The notes: a model not told the origin generated them from the sequence alone. A DNA stretch of 53,959 bases from Nitriliruptorales bacterium (GCA_041591915.1 JBFHRB010000001.1:1-53959), one strand, 5' to 3'; positions 1 to 8,350 are shown, numbered from the stretch's first letter. Program-made: numbers and translations.

Positions 1-2
1 GC

Positions 3-599
3 GTGATCGACCAGGCGCTCTCGACGGACCCGTTCACGGTCGTCGACGAGATCCGGGCCCGCAGCGACCGCGCACGCCAGTTCGGTCGGGACGTCAACGA
101 CAACAACCAGAAGTACTACGACGAGGCGCAGAAGCGCCCCGGCGTCGCCGACATCGCGAAGCCCTACGTGGAGGCCCAGGTCCAGGACGTGAAGGACACG
201 GTCGAGAACGGTCCCAGCGGCCTCGAGGCCGAGCTCATGGCCATGAAGGCCGCGATCGAGGCCGAGGCCAACGCAACGGCAGCCAAGGTCCTCGCCGAGG
301 CCGAGGCGGCGAAGCAGAAGGTGCTCGCCGAGGCCGGCGCCGTGAAGCAGAAGGCGATCTCCGAGGCGGCCGCTGCCGTGCAGAAGGTCAACCAGGAGAC
401 GGCCGAGGTCCAGGCCAAGGTCGACGAGGAGCTCGGTGAGACCGACGACCAGGTCCAGGCGCAGGTCGACAACCAGACGGACCCGGAGGGTCCGGGCGCG
501 AAGTGGCGGGAGAACACCACCAACACGACGAAGAAGTTCGTGCAGGACGTCAGCCCCGTCGACCTCCCCAGCGCCCCGTCCGGGTCGCCGAGCCTCTAG
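3..599 (+). CDS. Partial (5'-truncated at the window edge) Ala/Glu/Lys/Gln-rich coiled-coil-like protein, function unknown
   Basis: The ORF is open to the left edge and stops at TAG 597-599. It has repetitive amphipathic segments (AKVLAEAEAAKQKVLAEAGAVKQKAISEAAAAVQKV). The antisense ORF 164-526 looks compositionally spurious. GC hairpins follow. No family recognised by eye. Confidence 0.55.
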   Translation: MIDQALSTDPFTVVDEIRARSDRARQFGRDVNDNNQKYYDEAQKRPGVADIAKPYVEAQVQDVKDTVENGPSGLEAELMAMKAAIEAEANATAAKVLAEAEAAKQKVLAEAGAVKQKAISEAAAAVQKVNQETAEVQAKVDEELGETDDQVQAQVDNQTDPEGPGAKWRENTTNTTKKFVQDVSPVDLPSAPSGSPSL

Positions 600-610
600 A
601 GGCTCTCCAC

Positions 611-665
611 GCCCCTGGCGGGAGGGGCACGGGACCGAGCGGTCGGCCTTCGGGTCGGCCGCTCG
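611..665. terminator. Two GC-rich hairpins between convergent genes (candidate bidirectional terminator)
   Basis: First hairpin: GCCCCT-ggcggg-AGGGGC (611-628). Second hairpin: a 13-bp stem CGAGCGGTCGGCC-ttcg-GGTCGGCCGCTCG (636-665, includes two G-U pairs). There is no U-tract, which is common in high-GC actinobacteria. Confidence 0.55.
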
Positions 666-677
666 GCCGTTCGCCGT

Positions 678-2060
678 TCAGCCGGCGTCGAGGATGCGCT
701 GGGCCTTGTAGCCGGAACGCGGCAGGGCCTCGCGGTCGAGGACCTCGACGTCCGCCTTGACGCCCAGCGAACCCTCGAGCGCAGCCGCGACCTCGTTGGC
801 GAGTGAGGTGCGGTCCTCGCCGGCGCCCTCGCCGACCTCCACCCGCACGACGAGGGGCAGGTCGCGCGCGTCGGGCGCGGGCCGGACCACCTGGTACTCG
901 AGGCTCGGCTTGCGGATCGCACGGACCGTTCGCAGCGCCGACTCGATCTCGAGCGGCAGCAGCGCCTTGCCCTGCACTCGGACGAGGTCCTTGAACCGAC
1001 CACCCCACCACCCGCGGGCGTGCGTGCAGTCGCTGTGGCCCTGGGAGCGGTCGACCTTGACCGCCTCCTCGAGGTCGTAGCGGACGAGGAAGTTGTCGCG
1101 ACCGAACGTGGTCACGACCAGATGGCCCCACTCGCCGTCCGGGACGGACCTGCCGGTGTCGGGATCGACGGCCTGGATGTAGCTGTAGTCGTCGGGGACG
1201 TAGGCGCCGCTGACGCCGGGCACGCTGACCCCCGCGTACGGGAGTGCCTCCGCGCCGCAGGTCATGAGGCCCATGGGCTCGCCCGGCACGTTGAGCTGCG
1301 GGGCGTTGCTGAAGTCGAGGCCCACGCTCTTCGGGTCGAGGCCGAGCTTGCCGGCGACCTCGAAGAACCGCCCGGTCGCGAAGCCCATGAAGGGGCGGTC
1401 CGGCGTGACGCGCTCCCAGAAGCGCAGTCCCTGCTCGGCCAGCTCGTCGGTCTCCGGCGGCGGCACCCACACCGACAGGCAACCGAGGTGCTCGTAGACG
1501 CCCTGCAGCATCGGCCCACCCGCGTACAGGTAGGCGGGGTGGGCGTGCGTCATGACCATCCCGGGCCGCACGCCCTGGCTCCAGAACATCCTCGCCCCGA
1601 GCTCGTAGTCCACGAGCAGGTCGTTGCGCGTCCACAGCGAGTGCGTGGGCGTCCCGGTCGTCCCCGTTGACGTGCCGATGCGGACGTTGTCGCGCAGCTC
1701 GGTGCCGCGGTAGTCGCCGACCGGCGGGTGCTCCGCCTCGGACTCACGCAGCTCGTCCTTGACGGTGAGCGGGACGGCATCGAGGTCCTCGATCGTCCCG
1801 AGGTCGGCGGCCGACTCGATGCCCGCCTCGGCGAGCTTGCGCGCGAAGAACGGGATCGGCCGGGTGAGTGCCCGGTCGACTGCGACCCGGGCCCGGTCGA
1901 GCTGGAGCTGTAGCAGCTGCTCGCGCGGCATGGTCTGCGTGGCCTCGTCGTACCACGTGCGGTCGACGTCGCCGAGCGTCTCCGGCGGGGACTGCCGCAA
2001 GGTCGCCCAGGGCAGGTTGGCGGCGGTGTCGGGCGCGTGCTCGGGCAAGTTCGGCTCCAT
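678..2060 (-). CDS. Phenylacetate-CoA ligase-like (PaaK / coenzyme F390 synthetase family) adenylate-forming enzyme
   Basis: Start taken at ATG 2060 (MEPNLPEH...). The first 65 aa of the track ORF (to 2255) cross the promoter/operator region and were rejected. PaaK-like features: PLTVKDELRE, GTSTGTTGTPT, a C-terminal small domain. Confidence 0.8.
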   Translation of the reverse strand: MEPNLPEHAPDTAANLPWATLRQSPPETLGDVDRTWYDEATQTMPREQLLQLQLDRARVAVDRALTRPIPFFARKLAEAGIESAADLGTIEDLDAVPLTVKDELRESEAEHPPVGDYRGTELRDNVRIGTSTGTTGTPTHSLWTRNDLLVDYELGARMFWSQGVRPGMVMTHAHPAYLYAGGPMLQGVYEHLGCLSVWVPPPETDELAEQGLRFWERVTPDRPFMGFATGRFFEVAGKLGLDPKSVGLDFSNAPQLNVPGEPMGLMTCGAEALPYAGVSVPGVSGAYVPDDYSYIQAVDPDTGRSVPDGEWGHLVVTTFGRDNFLVRYDLEEAVKVDRSQGHSDCTHARGWWGGRFKDLVRVQGKALLPLEIESALRTVRAIRKPSLEYQVVRPAPDARDLPLVVRVEVGEGAGEDRTSLANEVAAALEGSLGVKADVEVLDREALPRSGYKAQRILDAG

Positions 2061-2087
2061 CCCCGTGGTGGTCGCGCGCCGCAACCT

Positions 2088-2101
2088 TGACGCGCGTGTC
2101 A
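2088..2101. promoter_or_regulatory. Palindromic operator-like site, TGAC-N6-GTCA class (TGACGCGCGTGTCA)
   Basis: Lies in the divergent gap between the PaaK-like gene (-) and the DUF2889 operon (+). Context is CCTTGACGCGCGTGTCAGGGAA. On the minus strand a TACGGT -10-like hexamer directly precedes TCCCTGACAC. On the plus strand TAGCGT lies at 2110-2115. Confidence 0.7.
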
Positions 2102-2465
2102 GGGAACCGTAGCGTCCGGCGCCGCGGACCTGAAAGGTCGTCAGATACCGCAGCCGGACATCCTCGAGGCACCCCGGGACCCCTCGCGCCACACGCTCGA
2201 CCGGCGTGTCCCATCGGTTCGCCGTACGACCAGCCTCGACCTCGCGCTGGTCCACCCCGACCCGGACGACCTCGACTGGCAGGGCAGCTACGTCGACCTC
2301 GCCACCCGCCTCGCGTCACGCATCTCGGCCAGGGCGCGTGACCTCCGCACGACGGCTGACGGCGAGGACGTCGTCGACCAGGCCGTCATCGAGGCCACGA
2401 CCGATCCCGGTGGCCGGCTCGCCAGGATCGCCTCCGAACCCGGCGCGAAGGAGCTCGAGGCCCTC

Positions 2466-3179
2466 GTGGGGTCCATGCTCCACCGGGGGTTCCGGGCCCG
2501 GCTGGGGGAGGCAGCGGCCTCGCACGCGGGCACGGCGCTGTTCGCCCTGGCCCTCGACCTCCCGACGATCACGCTGATCTCGGGGTACGCCATCATGCGC
2601 GGCATGGCCGAGGCCGGCGCCCCTCCGGGCAACATCATCCCGGCCCCGGTCCTCCAGCGCGTCGCAGACGTCTGCTCCGGCTGGCGCGCCGACGGGACGA
2701 TGGTCGCGCGGGTCAGCGCCGCCGAGGGCGGGCCCACGGTCGACTGTCCGCCCGCCCCGGACCTCGCACGGCCCGACGACCCGGCCGCCTGGCACGAGAT
2801 GCCGGTGCTCGCGCCGCACCAGATGCGCCGACGTCGACGCATGGACGTGACACGCGTCGGCGACGAGGTCGTGCTCGACGCGACGTTCCGCGACTCCTAC
2901 GCCGACCGCGAGGGGACCGAGGTCGTGCTGCACGAGTACACGGTCGGCGGCTGGTTCGACGCCGACCTCCGGCTGACCGAGATCGTCGCCCGCCCCCACG
3001 TCCTGCCCTACGGCGAGTGCCCGCTCGCCGCGCCCAGGGTCGCCGCCCTCGTCGGGACGCGCGCCCCCGACATCCGCGACGCCGTGAAGCGCGAGCTCGC
3101 GGGCATCGCCGGCTGCACGCACCTCAACGACCTGCTGAACCACCTCACCGACGTTCCCGAGCTCGTGGCGCACCTGTGA
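2466..3179 (+). CDS. DUF2889-family protein (minimal ORF; the true start is probably upstream, see findings)
   Basis: The ORF runs from GTG 2466. The same frame stays open back to 2091 and encodes family-typical-looking sequence (VRRTTSLD, ARARDLRTTADG). The stop overlaps the next start (GTGA at 3176-3179). Confidence 0.7.
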   Translation: MGSMLHRGFRARLGEAAASHAGTALFALALDLPTITLISGYAIMRGMAEAGAPPGNIIPAPVLQRVADVCSGWRADGTMVARVSAAEGGPTVDCPPAPDLARPDDPAAWHEMPVLAPHQMRRRRRMDVTRVGDEVVLDATFRDSYADREGTEVVLHEYTVGGWFDADLRLTEIVARPHVLPYGECPLAAPRVAALVGTRAPDIRDAVKRELAGIAGCTHLNDLLNHLTDVPELVAHL

Positions 3180-4372
3180 GGCTGCGCTACGACGCCGCGA
3201 CCGAGGAGTTCCGCGACGAGCTGCGGAGCTGGCTCGACGCGCACGCGCCGTCGGAGGACGACGTCGCCGCAGAGCCGCGCGAGTCCTCGGCCCACCTTCC
3301 GGCGTGGGCCGTGCGCTTCCAGCGCCGGGCGTTCGACGATGGCTGGCTCGTGCCCGGCTGGGGTCCCGAGTTCGGCGGTCGCAACGCGACGCCGGAGCAG
3401 GTGATGGTCTACTTCGAGGAGTTCTCGAAGCTGCACGTGGCGCGCTCGGCCAACCCGCAGGGCCTCGGCATCGTCGCTCCGTCGCTGTACGACGAGGGCA
3501 CCGAGGAGCAGAAGGCGCAGTGGCTGCTGCCGACCCTGCGAGCGGAGATCTCCTGGTGCGTCGGCATGAGCGAGCCGGGCGCGGGCTCGGACCTCGCCGC
3601 GTTGAGCACGCGAGCGCTCGTCGAGGGCGACGAGTTCGTCATCAGCGGCCAGAAGGTCTGGACCTCCGGCGCCCATCACGCGGACGTCTGCCTGGCCTTC
3701 GTGCGCACCGACCCGGACGCGCCCAGGCACAAGGGCATCTCGGTCGTGATCGTGCCGATGGATGCCCCGGGCATCACCTGTCGCCCCCTGCCCGAGCTCA
3801 CGGCCCCCGACCACGCCGACTTCAACGAGGTGTTCTTCGACGAGGTCCGCGTCCCGCGCGACAACCTCGTCGGCGAGCTGAACCGCGGGTGGGCGATGGC
3901 GATGGGCTCGCTCGGGCACGAGCGCGCGATGCTCTGGGTGATGCAGGCCACGGCCATCGAGCGCAACCTCGCCAACCTCCTGGCGCTCGCGGACGACGTG
4001 CTCCCCGACGGCTCGAGACGTGGCGACGACCCGGCGTTCCGGGAGACCGTGGGGCGGCTCTACACCGACGCCCAGGCGGTGTGGTTCCTCGGCTACAAGG
4101 GCTTCGCGACGGCCAGGCACGGACAGCTCGCCCCCGAGCACCTGATCCTCAAGCTCTACTCGTCCGAGGTCCAGCAGCGACTCGCCGACGCCGGCATGCA
4201 GGTGCGCGGTGCCGCCGCCGTCGACGTCTCCGACGACCCCGGCGGCATGAGCTACGACCGCGGGTCGTGGTCGCTGCTGTGGCTGCGGTCGTTCGCGAAC
4301 ACGATCGCGGGCGGGACGTCCGAGATCCAGCGCAACATCATCGCCGAGCGCCTCCTCGGCCTGCCGCGCTGA
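3176..4372 (+). CDS. Acyl-CoA dehydrogenase family protein (ACAD-1)
   Basis: Starts at GTG 3176 (VRLRYDAATEEFRDELRSWL), overlapping the DUF2889 stop. Motifs: WCVGMSEPGAGSDLAAL and the C-terminal GGTSEIQRNIIAERLLGLPR. The N-terminal 53 aa of track ORF 3017 were rejected as Arg-rich overlap with the upstream gene. Confidence 0.85.
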   Translation: MRLRYDAATEEFRDELRSWLDAHAPSEDDVAAEPRESSAHLPAWAVRFQRRAFDDGWLVPGWGPEFGGRNATPEQVMVYFEEFSKLHVARSANPQGLGIVAPSLYDEGTEEQKAQWLLPTLRAEISWCVGMSEPGAGSDLAALSTRALVEGDEFVISGQKVWTSGAHHADVCLAFVRTDPDAPRHKGISVVIVPMDAPGITCRPLPELTAPDHADFNEVFFDEVRVPRDNLVGELNRGWAMAMGSLGHERAMLWVMQATAIERNLANLLALADDVLPDGSRRGDDPAFRETVGRLYTDAQAVWFLGYKGFATARHGQLAPEHLILKLYSSEVQQRLADAGMQVRGAAAVDVSDDPGGMSYDRGSWSLLWLRSFANTIAGGTSEIQRNIIAERLLGLPR

Positions 4373-4380
4373 GGGCCTCC

Positions 4381-5154
4381 ATGGCGGACGTGCGAGACCT
4401 GGCGGCGGTCGTGCTCGGCGCATCGTCCGGGCTCGGGGCAGCGATCGCCTCGGAGCTGGCACGAAGGGGCGCTCGAGTCACGGCGGTCGCCCGGCGCGCG
4501 GCACTCCTCGAGGGCGTCGTCGCGACGCTGCCGGGCGACGGCCACCGCGCGGTGGCCTGCGATCTGACGGACGCGCCCGCGGCGCGCGCCATGCTCGCCG
4601 AAGCGGAAGCCGTCCACGGCTCGGTGGACGTGCTGATCCACGCGGCGGGCATCGAGGAGCGCCGAGCGACGCTGGACGCCGACCTCGACCACTACCGCCG
4701 GATCCTCGAGACGAACCTGCTCACGGCCGTCACGGCGACGCTCGCGGTCCTGCCGGGGATGCATGCGCGCGGGCGGGGCTACCTCGCCTACCTGTCGTCG
4801 GACCAGGGGCGGGCACCGACCCCGATGACCGGGGCCTACGGCGCGAGCAAGGCAGCCCTCAGCGCCTTCGTGGACACGGTGGCCCACGAGTGCCATGGCA
4901 GCGGTGTGTACGCCCACACCGTCTACCCCGGCTGGGTGGACACACCGCTCGGCCGGTCGGCGGTCGAGGACGGCATGCCACTGCCGCCCCGGGCGGTGCG
5001 CCGACGTCCGGAGCAGGTCGCTCGAGCGACCGTCGACGGACTCGGTGGCAGGCGCATCGACATCAACGTCGCGCCCCTCGCCGCGCTCGCGCCGGTCATG
5101 CGCCCGTTCGCGCCCCGGTTCTACGCCCGCCAGATCCGTCGCGCCTCCGGCTAG
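4381..5154 (+). CDS. Short-chain dehydrogenase/reductase (SDR)
   Basis: Starts at ATG 4381 (MADVRDLAAVVLGASSGLGAAIA). Contains YGASKAAL (the catalytic YxxxK). It is the in-frame tail of the artefactual 616-aa track ORF 3304-5154. Confidence 0.85.
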   Translation: MADVRDLAAVVLGASSGLGAAIASELARRGARVTAVARRAALLEGVVATLPGDGHRAVACDLTDAPAARAMLAEAEAVHGSVDVLIHAAGIEERRATLDADLDHYRRILETNLLTAVTATLAVLPGMHARGRGYLAYLSSDQGRAPTPMTGAYGASKAALSAFVDTVAHECHGSGVYAHTVYPGWVDTPLGRSAVEDGMPLPPRAVRRRPEQVARATVDGLGGRRIDINVAPLAALAPVMRPFAPRFYARQIRRASG

Positions 5155-5933
5155 TCGCGTTCGTTGCGGTCCCTGAACCGCTGCATGCCCGCGCGGATCG
5201 GTCGGCGGAGCAGCGAGTAGCTCGCGGTGACGACGCCGTACTGGCGCGGTGCCGTGACGTAGGGGCGCTCGTGTCGCAGGGCGCCGACGATCGCGTCGGC
5301 GACGACGGTGGGCGGGTAGAGCCTGCCCTTGTAGTGGGCCTCGCCCTTGCCGCGGTCCCAGATCTCGGTGTCGATCGGGCCGGGCGCCACGACACCGACG
5401 TACACGCCGGTGTCGGCGAGATCGACCGCCAGGCCCTCGCTCCACCGTGACAGCGCCGCCTTCGACGCGCCGTAGCCCGCCTCGTTGGGCACCGGCATGA
5501 CCCCGGCCACCGACGTCACGTTCACGACGCCTCCGAAGCGTCGCTCGAGCATGCTCGGCAGCGCGGCCATCGTGACCCACACGGCCCCGAGGAAGTTGAC
5601 CCGCATGACCTCGTCGATGTCCTCGACGGAGGCCTCGGAGGCCCGGACGCGGTGGGGCATGCCGGCGTTGTTGACGAGGATGTCGGCGTGCCCGAAGCGT
5701 TCGTGCACCGCCGCAACGATCCCCTCGGCCGAGTCCCTGTCGCCGATGTCCGCCGGGTGGGCGAACGAGTCGGGGGAGTGGGCCCGGCAGCGCTCGACGA
5801 CCTCGTCGAGGCGATCCTTGCGTCGCGCCACGGCGACCACACGCGAACCCTGCCTGGCCAACGCCTCCGCAGTGGCGGCGCCGATCCCACTCGACGCGCC
5901 GGTGACGATGGCGACGCTGCGCTTGACGTCCAC
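5151..5933 (-). CDS. Short-chain dehydrogenase/reductase (SDR)
   Basis: Starts at GTG 5933 (VDVKRSVAIVTGASSGIGAA), 2 nt after the upstream ACAD stop. Motifs: NNAG and YGASKAAL. The 3' end overlaps the convergent SDR by 4 nt. Confidence 0.85.
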   Translation of the reverse strand: MDVKRSVAIVTGASSGIGAATAEALARQGSRVVAVARRKDRLDEVVERCRAHSPDSFAHPADIGDRDSAEGIVAAVHERFGHADILVNNAGMPHRVRASEASVEDIDEVMRVNFLGAVWVTMAALPSMLERRFGGVVNVTSVAGVMPVPNEAGYGASKAALSRWSEGLAVDLADTGVYVGVVAPGPIDTEIWDRGKGEAHYKGRLYPPTVVADAIVGALRHERPYVTAPRQYGVVTASYSLLRRPIRAGMQRFRDRNERD

Positions 5934-5935
5934 GC

Positions 5936-7144
5936 TCAGGCCTCGGGCTTCCGCGGCTTCTTCGGCATCTTCAGGGCACGGTCCGCGATGATGTTCTTCT
6001 GGACCTCGGTGGTGCCGGCCCCGATCGACGTGTACCGCTGGTAGGCGTACAGGCGTGCCCACTGGCCGTTGTCCACCGCGTCCTCGCTGTCCTTGAGCAG
6101 CAGCGCGCGTGGCCCGAGCAGATCGACGTTGAGCTCGGCGAGCGTCTGGGCGAGGTAGCTCCACTGCAGCTTCGCGAGCGGTACCTCGGGCCAGTTCTTC
6201 TGCCCGTTGAGGATCTTCGACAGCGCTCGGGCGTTGAGGAGCCGCGTCAGCTCCACCTGCGTGAAGGCGCGTGCGATGCGATCCCGCAGGAGCGGGTCGT
6301 CGAGCGCCTCCGGGTTGAGCTCACGTGTGCGCTCGATGACGTCGTTGAGCTCGGTGGCCATGGTGACGCTGAGGCCGGCCGTGCCGACACGCTCGTGCTC
6401 GAGCGTGCCCATCGCGACGAGCCAGCCCTCGCCGTCGCCGGCCAGCCGGTGCTCGACCGGGATGCGTGCGTCCTCGAACACCACCTCGCAGAACGACTCC
6501 TCGTCGACGAGGTCGCGGATCGGCGTGACGGTGATGCCGGGCGTCTTCATGTCGACGATGAACGCCGTGATGCCCTCGTGCTTGCTGCCACGCTCCAGTG
6601 CGGTGGGATCGGTGCGGAAGAGGAAGAGGCCCCAGTCCGCGAGGTGGGCGGTCGTCGTCCAGATCTTGCGCCCGTTGACGACGTAGTGGTCGCCGTCGCG
6701 GATCGCCATCGTCCGCAGGTTCGCCAGGTCGCTGCCCGCCTCGGGCTCGGTGAAGCCCTGACACCAGACCTCGTCGGCCGTCAGGATCCCCGGGCACCAC
6801 TTCTGGGCCTGCTCGTCGGTGCCGTGGTGGAGGATCATCGGCCCGATGTGCCAGATGCCGACGGCGTTGAGGATGCCCGGGGCCTTCGCCCGTGCCATCT
6901 CCTCGGAGTAGATGAAGTTCTGCATGATCGTGGCCTCACGGCCACCCCAGGACTTCGGCCAGTTGATGGCCGCCCAGCCGTGCTCGTGCATGCGGCGCTG
7001 CCAGGCCTTGCGACGTGCGAACGTGCGCGGAAGCCAGGGGTCGACGATCTCCGCGCCGTCCTTGAAGTCCGGCAGGTTCTCCTCGAGGAACGTCCGAAGC
7101 TCCTCGCGGAACGCCTCGTCCTCGGGCGTGTAGGCGAAGTCCAC
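5936..7144 (-). CDS. Acyl-CoA dehydrogenase family protein (ACAD-2, long type)
   Basis: Motifs: WCQGFTEPEAGSDLANL and the C-terminal GAGTTEVQKNIIADRAL. The start was moved to GTG 7144 (VDFAYTPEDEAF), which is preceded by GGGAGG. The track start, GTG 7168, lies inside a palindrome. Confidence 0.85.
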   Translation of the reverse strand: MDFAYTPEDEAFREELRTFLEENLPDFKDGAEIVDPWLPRTFARRKAWQRRMHEHGWAAINWPKSWGGREATIMQNFIYSEEMARAKAPGILNAVGIWHIGPMILHHGTDEQAQKWCPGILTADEVWCQGFTEPEAGSDLANLRTMAIRDGDHYVVNGRKIWTTTAHLADWGLFLFRTDPTALERGSKHEGITAFIVDMKTPGITVTPIRDLVDEESFCEVVFEDARIPVEHRLAGDGEGWLVAMGTLEHERVGTAGLSVTMATELNDVIERTRELNPEALDDPLLRDRIARAFTQVELTRLLNARALSKILNGQKNWPEVPLAKLQWSYLAQTLAELNVDLLGPRALLLKDSEDAVDNGQWARLYAYQRYTSIGAGTTEVQKNIIADRALKMPKKPRKPEA

Positions 7145-7162
7145 CCGGCTGCCTCCCTGTCC

Positions 7163-7175
7163 TGACACCTCGTCA
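7163..7175. promoter_or_regulatory. Palindromic operator-like site, N5 variant (TGACACCTCGTCA)
   Basis: Context is CCTGACACCTCGTCAGG. It lies in the 5' untranslated region of ACAD-2, between the putative -10 (TAGCGT on the minus strand, 7190-7195) and the GGGAGG/GTG 7144 start. Confidence 0.5.
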
Positions 7176-7202
7176 GGTCGTCCGCCCCGACGCTAGCATG
7201 AC

Positions 7203-7216
7203 TGACACACGCGTCA
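7203..7216. promoter_or_regulatory. Palindromic operator-like site, TGAC-N6-GTCA class (TGACACACGCGTCA)
   Basis: Lies in the divergent gap between ACAD-2 (-) and ACAD-3 (+). TAGCAT at 7194-7199 sits just upstream on the plus strand. The flank GTCAGGGTCGTCGC is identical to that of the site at 21806. Confidence 0.7.
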
Positions 7217-7252
7217 GGGTCGTCGCGTGCGGGTTCGATGTGGAGGGCGCGC

Positions 7253-8350
7253 GTGGATTTCCAGTTCTCGGAGGAGCAGCAGGCGTTCCGCCAGTCGGTC
7301 CGCGACGCCCTCGAGAAGGAGTTCCCGCCGGACCGTGTCCGCGAACTCGCCGACACCGACGCCGGGATCAGCGCCGAGGCGTGGTCGATGTTCGCGTCGC
7401 TCGGCTGGACCGGCGTCCTCGTTCCCGAGGAGCACGGCGGCCTCGGACTCGGCCTCGTCGATGCCATCATCCTCATGGAGGAGATGGGTCGGCTCCCACT
7501 GCCTGGGCCCTTCTGGTCCTCGGCTGGCCTGGCGACGCTCGCCGCGGGGCGTTTCGGCGCCCAGGAGCTCCTGGCCGGACTCGCCGACGGCACGAGCCGT
7601 GGCACGGTCGCCCTCGACGAGGGCGGCTCGCGTGACCCGCTCGACGCCATCCGGACGACCGCCGTGGCCGCGGGTGGCACGTGGACGCTCGACGGCGTGA
7701 AGCTGGCGGTGCCCGACGGGCACACCGCGGACTGGGCGATCGTGGTCGCACACACGCCCGACGGCCTCGGCGCCTTCCTGGTCGAGGAGCCCCATGCGAG
7801 CCTGCAGGCCACCATCGACCCGAGCCGCAAGCTCGCGCGCCTCGAGCTGCGCGGCACGCCTGCGCGGCAGCTGGACGCGGACGAGGGCGCGATCCGCCGC
7901 CTGCTGGACGATGCGGCCGTGCTCCTGGCGGCCGAGTCGGTCGGCGCGGCCGAGCGTGCGCTCGAGCTCGCGGTCGAGTACTCGCATCAGCGGGTGCAGT
8001 TCGGCCGGCCGATCGGCGCGTTCCAGGCCATGAAGCACCTTGCCGCCGAGATGCTGCAGCGCGTCGAGCTCGCCCGTGTGGGCGTCCACTACGCCGCGTG
8101 GACCTCGGACGAGGATGCGGACGACCGCGAGCGCGCGGCCGCCATCGCTGCGTCCTGGTCGGCCGAGGCCGCCATCGGCGTGACCGGCGACAGCATCCAG
8201 ATCCACGGCGGTGTCGGGTTCACGTGGGACGCGCACGTGCAGCTGCACTTCAAGCGGGCCAAGGTCAACGACGTGCTGCTGGGCCAGCAGGGGTGGCATC
8301 GCCAGCGCGTCGCCGACCTCGTGCTCGGCCCGGTGGGAGCAACCGCCTGA
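7253..8350 (+). CDS. Acyl-CoA dehydrogenase family protein (ACAD-3, short type; possible partner subunit of ACAD-2)
   Basis: Starts at GTG 7253 (VDFQFSEEQQAFRQ), preceded by GGAGGG. The track start 7238 is also possible. Contains IQIHGGVGFTWDAHVQLHFKRAK, a C-terminal ACAD motif. Confidence 0.8.
   Translation: MDFQFSEEQQAFRQSVRDALEKEFPPDRVRELADTDAGISAEAWSMFASLGWTGVLVPEEHGGLGLGLVDAIILMEEMGRLPLPGPFWSSAGLATLAAGRFGAQELLAGLADGTSRGTVALDEGGSRDPLDAIRTTAVAAGGTWTLDGVKLAVPDGHTADWAIVVAHTPDGLGAFLVEEPHASLQATIDPSRKLARLELRGTPARQLDADEGAIRRLLDDAAVLLAAESVGAAERALELAVEYSHQRVQFGRPIGAFQAMKHLAAEMLQRVELARVGVHYAAWTSDEDADDRERAAAIAASWSAEAAIGVTGDSIQIHGGVGFTWDAHVQLHFKRAKVNDVLLGQQGWHRQRVADLVLGPVGATA

Noticed and set aside
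164-526. Antisense 120-aa ORF within the first gene. Many other 60-170-aa ORFs are embedded in or antisense to annotated genes throughout the window.
   Set aside because: Their composition is Ser/Ala/Arg/Pro-rich. They show no motifs or translation-initiation signals, and all are fully overlapped by better-supported genes.
2131-2143. TGAAAGGTCGTCA, a possible second N5 site near the 2088 operator.
   Set aside because: The left arm is TGAA, not TGAC, and the symmetry is weak. It may lie within the DUF2889 coding extension.
2848-2861. TGACACGCGTCGGC inside the DUF2889 coding sequence, plus half-sites such as GTGTCAGGG in the ACAD WCQGF codons (about 6757-6770, about 21381-21395) and 16369-16378 in the kinase gene.
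   Set aside because: Only one arm is present, so there is no palindrome, and the location is intragenic. The ACAD cases are explained by conserved codons.
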